64,000 nt of DNA from Eledone cirrhosa (lineage: Eukaryota): positions 305,660,001-305,724,000 of the forward strand of contig OZ024743.1 of NCBI GenBank assembly GCA_964016885.1, given 5' to 3'. The translations under genes were made by a program, and so were the position numbers. Shown one piece after another: positions 58,660 to 64,000 of the stretch (position 1 is its first letter; each line of letters opens with the position of its first letter). The notes under the pieces were generated by a model. That model was not told where the DNA came from. It made no database searches and saw only the letters and a program-made list of their open reading frames with translations.

Positions 58660-60773
58660 ATGTCCTTTCGCAAACACTCTAACACCTTCCAAACTAAACT
58701 TAGAATTGATATTAAGAAATTTATCTCTTCCAATAACACTTTCGTTCTTTCTCATAAAACCAATAATATTTACGAAGTCGACAACACTACTTACAGCCAC
58801 TTGGCACATAACGCTATAACCTCTAAATATAAGAAGGTTAACCCTATGGCCTACCACGACATCAACACAGAAGCCAAAGACTCTGCTGCCGCCCTTAAGG
58901 TATATAAGAAACTACAATGCTTAGCTAAGCGTGAGGCATTTCTCAGCCTGAAGAATCACAAGGTAGACTTCGCTTCTAATCCCACATGTAGACCGCTAAA
59001 CCCGGTACGCACGGAAATGGGACTAGTAAGTAAGGTTATACTTAGAAACATAGTTAGGACCATTAGGACCAAGTCCAACCTGTCACAGTGGGAGGACAGC
59101 GACTCCGTCATTAAGTGGTTTACCTTCTTCAACTCCAAAAAAGCAAAGTTCCCGCAATTTGACATTGTAGACTTTTACCCGTCGATCTCAGAGACCCTGT
59201 TAAACACAGCGTTGGACTTTGCTACCACTTACACTACCGTCCATGTTTTAGAAAAGGAGATCATCGCGCACTGCCGGAAAATCCTCTTCTTCAACAATGG
59301 AGTAGCCTGGACAAAGAATTCAACCACTTCAGAACTATTCGACGTATCCATGGGATCGTTTGACAGTGCTGACGTATGTGACTTGGTTGGCTTATTTATT
59401 TTAGACATATTACGTGTTAGATTCCCGGACTTCCACACGGGAATATACCACGACAATGGCCTGACCTTATCGAGCCATGAAAGTGGTCACGACCTGGACC
59501 GGTTTAAAAAACATTTAACCTCTACCTTTAATGAGTTATGGCTTTGGATAACAGTAGCTACCAACCTCTCTAGCGTAGATTTCTTAGACATTAATTTAGA
59601 CCTTCACACACATACCTACAGACCCTTCCATAAGGAAAAACCTAATTACATGCACAAGGACTCATGCCACCCTCCTACTGTTTTTAGAAACTTCGTAAAT
59701 AATATCAGTACTAGAATCTCTAACCTCTCCTCTAATAAGGATATCTTTGACAGAGCGGCCCCCTACTATAACACGGCGTTAGCTAACAGCAGCTTCTCGC
59801 AACCAGTTACTTACTCCCCCAATAACAACAACAATAAGAAAAGAAATCGTAACAATAGACAAACTATCTGGTTCTTTCCTCTCTTCACACTCAACGTTAA
59901 AACTAATATAGGAAAAAGAGTTTTAGCCCTCTTAGATAGACACTTTCCCATAGGTCACAAATACCGCTCCATCTTTAACAGAGACAGAGTAAAACTAGGA
60001 TACTCCTGCGCTAAGAATATGAAGGCCCACATCACCAACAGTCCTAAGAGTGGCACCCCACCGGGATGCTCTTGCCGAAAGTCTGAAGCTTCTCCCTTTC
60101 AACAGGAATGCAACACACCCACTGTAGTTTATGAAGCTTTGGTCACTTCCAACCGACCAAATCAACCACAGGAGGCCAAATCCTATGTGGGTATGGCGGA
60201 GGGCCGATTTAAGGAGCGCTTCCTGAACCATCAGTCGACCTTTAGGTACCCAGATAAGCGATCATCCACGAAACACGCGAGCCACGTATGTTCCATCAAG
60301 GACTCAGGTATAGACTACTCCATTCAATGGAAAGCCATCACTAAGTCCAACCCATACGCAAGGGGCAATCCGTCTTGTGCGGCGGTAACCTCCCCAAGTG
60401 CTACAAAACCACGGGCAAAAGTCTGGACAAAAGTTTGGATACAAAACCACGGTCGAAAGTCTGGAAAAGATGTACAAGTTGATTAGAACATTAGAATATT
60501 ATTTTTATTCAACCCGGAGCTCTGTAGTTATGCATGACGTGTTTCCAGACATGTGGACAATGTGAGAAGATTTCATTTCTTGAATTTAGGCAATAGCTAT
60601 TTCGTAATCTCCTTAGAATATTTATCCTTTCTTCAATAGATGTGTATTGAAGAAAGGATAAATGTTCTAAGGAGATTACGAAATAGCTATTGCCTAAATT
60701 CAAGAAATGAAATCTTCTCACGTTGTCCACATGTCTGGAAAAATGTCATGCATAACTACAGAGCTCCGGGTTG
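58660..60773 (+). pseudogene. PLE H3 RT-GIY-YIG with degenerate active site (YHDN), interrupted by an inverted segment at ~60379-60640
   Basis: FDIVDFYPSI, MGSFDS, YHDN, VVYEA..YVGMA..FKERFLNH; the true C-terminus CIEER..LNSRNEIFSRCPH lies at ~60643-60773. Confidence 0.85.
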
Positions 60774-60952
60774 AATAACAATAACATTCTAATCAACTTG
60801 AACATCTTTTCCAGAGTTTCGCCCGTGGTTTTGTATCCAGACTTTTGTTCCACACTTTTGCCCGTGGTTTTGTATCACTTGGCGGAGGTGACCGTCGCTG
60901 CGCATGCGCGTTTATAGGGTTGTTCTTCCTGTCTCGTATAACCATGACCAGT

Positions 60953-60993
60953 CCGAGCTGAAGATCCACATAAGGTGAAATAATTGTTCTCGG
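60953..60993 (+). ncRNA. Minimal hammerhead motif in the H3 pLTR
   Basis: ccgag-CTGAAGA-tccacataaggt-GAAA-taattg-TT-ctcgg. Confidence 0.72.
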
Positions 60994-61085
60994 TATGGTG
61001 AACAACTGTTGTGTTACCACTTCTACTAAACTCGTCCCATCGACTGAGTGCACTACCACTACGGATATTACCTTTCACTGTTCTA

Positions 61086-61194
<109 letters not shown>

Positions 61195-61235
61195 TTCAAA
61201 ATATTAACAAAATAGATATACTTGTGATATAGTAT

Positions 61236-61300
61236 ATTTTATTATACATATTTCAGAGGTACTGAGTTAAGTTTAACTGTACGTCCTCATCAGATAAAAT
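61236..61300 (-). ncRNA. Hammerhead motif in a pLTR fragment
   Basis: attttat-CTGATGA-ggacgtac...gtacctct-GAAA-TATGTA-TA-ataaaat. Confidence 0.72.
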
Positions 61301-61574
61301 AAGATGATGCATGATAAACCCTGACATAGTAGATGGTTAAGATTCAGTCATGGTAGTGATTAAAATATGACAAAACTCAATATGTATACCCTAATACTGA
61401 GAACATGAGAAAAATATATAATACAAACAATAGAGAGGGTGCGTGTAATACAGCTTGAAAATTACATGGCATCAATATAACAGTTAAAAAAAATTTGTTT
61501 AAAACTACTCACGAAAGAGGAAAGAAAGGAAAGCATACATTCTTTGATGTATACATTGAACCTTGTTTAACTTT

Positions 61575-61577
<3 letters not shown>

Positions 61578-61612
<35 letters not shown>

Positions 61613-61922
61613 TATTCAATATAAATATGTAATATATATATATATATACATATACATACACACACACATATATACATATATATACATACATATATACATG
61701 CACATACATATATATACATATACATACATATATATATATATATATAGATATACATATATATACATACACATACATATATACATATATATATACATACATA
61801 TATAAACATACACATACAAATCCATATACATATATATACATACACACATATATATATACATATATATATACATATATATATACATACATATATATATACA
61901 TATATATATACATATACATACG

Positions 61923-61996
<74 letters not shown>

Positions 61997-62050
61997 CATA
62001 CATATACATACATATATATATACATATACATGTATATATACATACACATA
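61578..62050. repeat. (TA)n/(CA) low-complexity tract
   Basis: Directly visible. Confidence 0.95.
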
Positions 62051-62113
62051 TATCTCTAGTGATTTCGAAGCAAATTCTCTTTCTCAGAAAGAGAATTTCT
62101 AACAAAGGGAATT

Positions 62114-62148
<35 letters not shown>

Positions 62149-64000
62149 GGAAAGTTATATTTAAATTGTTGTGTTACAACTAGTAAATATTTATAACTGA
62201 TATAAAAGCACTCGACAAATATTTGGAGTATATTTACAATATTAAATAAATGGAAACTATATTTATAAAACCATATTTATTTCATTATATATATTTCAGG
62301 GATAACATATTAACAATATGCTATGCCTTCCTCAGACAAAATACAATATAAATAGTTTTATAGATAAATAGATAAATAGATTCGACATACCGTAACAACA
62401 TCTACTTGGGAAGGTTGATTTGGTTGTGACAAAATTGTACACAGAGAGAAAGAAAGAGAGAGAGAGAAAGAGAGAAAAAGATAGAAAAAAGGAAAGAAAG
62501 ACAGAAAACGAAGAAAAAGAAAAAGAAGAAATGCATGGAACAAAATACAGAGATGGAAAGATAGATAAAGAGAAGAAACTTCATGTAAAGAAACAGAGAT
62601 ATATATATATATATATAGAGAGAGAGAGGAAATAGAGATAGATACATATATAAAAACTGTTGAATAACGTATCAATGATACATTTATTTATTTATCTATT
62701 TATTTAGCTCTAGTATTAATGTAAGGGAGATATATGGAGGGAAAACCAGCTGTTATATAGGGAGAGAAAAAAATATAGAGAGAGAAAAAAAAGAGAGAGA
62801 GAAAATTCAAAAACATCCAGACACAGGCGAGGCGTACAAACCTCTGTTTTAATGTAGAGGTACTAGTATTTACAAAACCAGCCTCTGCATTGCAAATATC
62901 AGTATTCCTGAATGAGATATGTATCCACAATGTGTGAAAATTAATGATCTTATGTTTAGTTTTTTTAAAAAATTCATATGTTTATGTGATAATTACAAAC
63001 ATCTATGTGAATGTACATGATCAATTCTGCAAACCCTAAGTTCACGGAAAGTGTTCTCAATGCGGTATAAAAATTTAAGTATACATATATGTGTATATAG
63101 AGTCAAAATTACTATTTCCGTCTCTACTCTACAAGATTATCTATCAAGCAAAGATAGAGCAGATTTCAACATACTAATAAAAATAAAAATATATCGGAAA
63201 CAAAACTAAACTAAAAATAACAATAATAATAATAAGTAATAATAAAATAGAAAACTAAGAAATATTACGAAAGAATATTACATATTAAAAATATTACATA
63301 TTAAAAATTTACATATTAAAAATATTAAAAAATAAAAATTAGGAAATACTACAGTAATAAAAATAAAATAAACCACAAAGATCAACCCTTCAAAATTAAT
63401 TGACAATATATTGCCAAGTTCATTATAAACATCAGAGTCGAAAAACAGATAAAGCCAAAAATTATCTATCAAATCGCAGCCCAATTTGGTCAACATGTGT
63501 TCTTATATTTAATATAGAAGTTTATCTAGTGTAACGTTTATTCGAAATATTTGGAGCATCAACTTTTAGGATAGCTTAATTTTCCATGAAGAATGTTTAA
63601 ATAAATAAAATAAAATAAAAATAAAAAGAGTAAAAAGAGAATCAAAGATTTATCGGCTAGTTTCCCATATAATTATAAATCAAACTAAATATACTACATT
63701 TTAAATTTAAATTTATACTTAAACGTTGAGTTTAATCTATGTTTGCAACAACTGAATAAATTTGTCCGTAGATTAAGGGAATTTTTAGATTTTAGTATAA
63801 AGAATATCTCCTCTGCGCAGAGGTCACATGTCTCAGAGGATGAATTAAAAGGAATCCCTCTTGAGACTATATTCCAAGCCGTCGAATATCTAACGTTATC
63901 TAGCTTAAGTTGCCATAGTACGCCTGATAGTGCCGTTGAAGATTTTTTACTTGGATCTGTGAAAGAATTCTTGTGGTTATTATAGCGAAGTTTAAATTCC
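62149..64000 (-). mobile_element. PLE family H2 3' part, continuing beyond the window; hammerhead at 62278-62343
   Basis: Reverse-complement homology to 25700-27718 and 56150-58046; CTGAGGA core. Confidence 0.9.

Overview
This window is eukaryotic, very AT-rich and contains no recognisable host gene. It is probably invertebrate, and one LINE 3' tail resembles octopus repeats. Roughly half of it is interrupted (TA)n microsatellite, so the many 'YIYI' ORFs are artefacts. The rest is retroelements inserted into the (TA)n tracts. There are at least four Penelope-like element (PLE) families with RT plus C-terminal GIY-YIG endonuclease, including one intact 820-codon copy with tandem pLTRs at 20706-25480. 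There is also a full-length two-ORF CR1/L2-group LINE (34159-39062), three truncated copies of a second CR1/L2-group LINE, and RTE and Tx1/L1 fragments. The main result from reading the non-coding DNA is about 30 type-I hammerhead-ribozyme motifs from roughly 12 unrelated sequence families. Eight sit in an apparently homogeneous, head-to-head 310-bp tandem array (14711-17091). Three sit in a ~592-bp tandem array with a U3-A8 variant core. These arrays look like non-autonomous, retrozyme-like circular-RNA templates mobilised by the neighbouring (TA)n-targeting PLEs. Two unrelated families share an unusual core variant (C4 plus an A-G stem-II closure). All structures were folded by eye and none was verified computationally.
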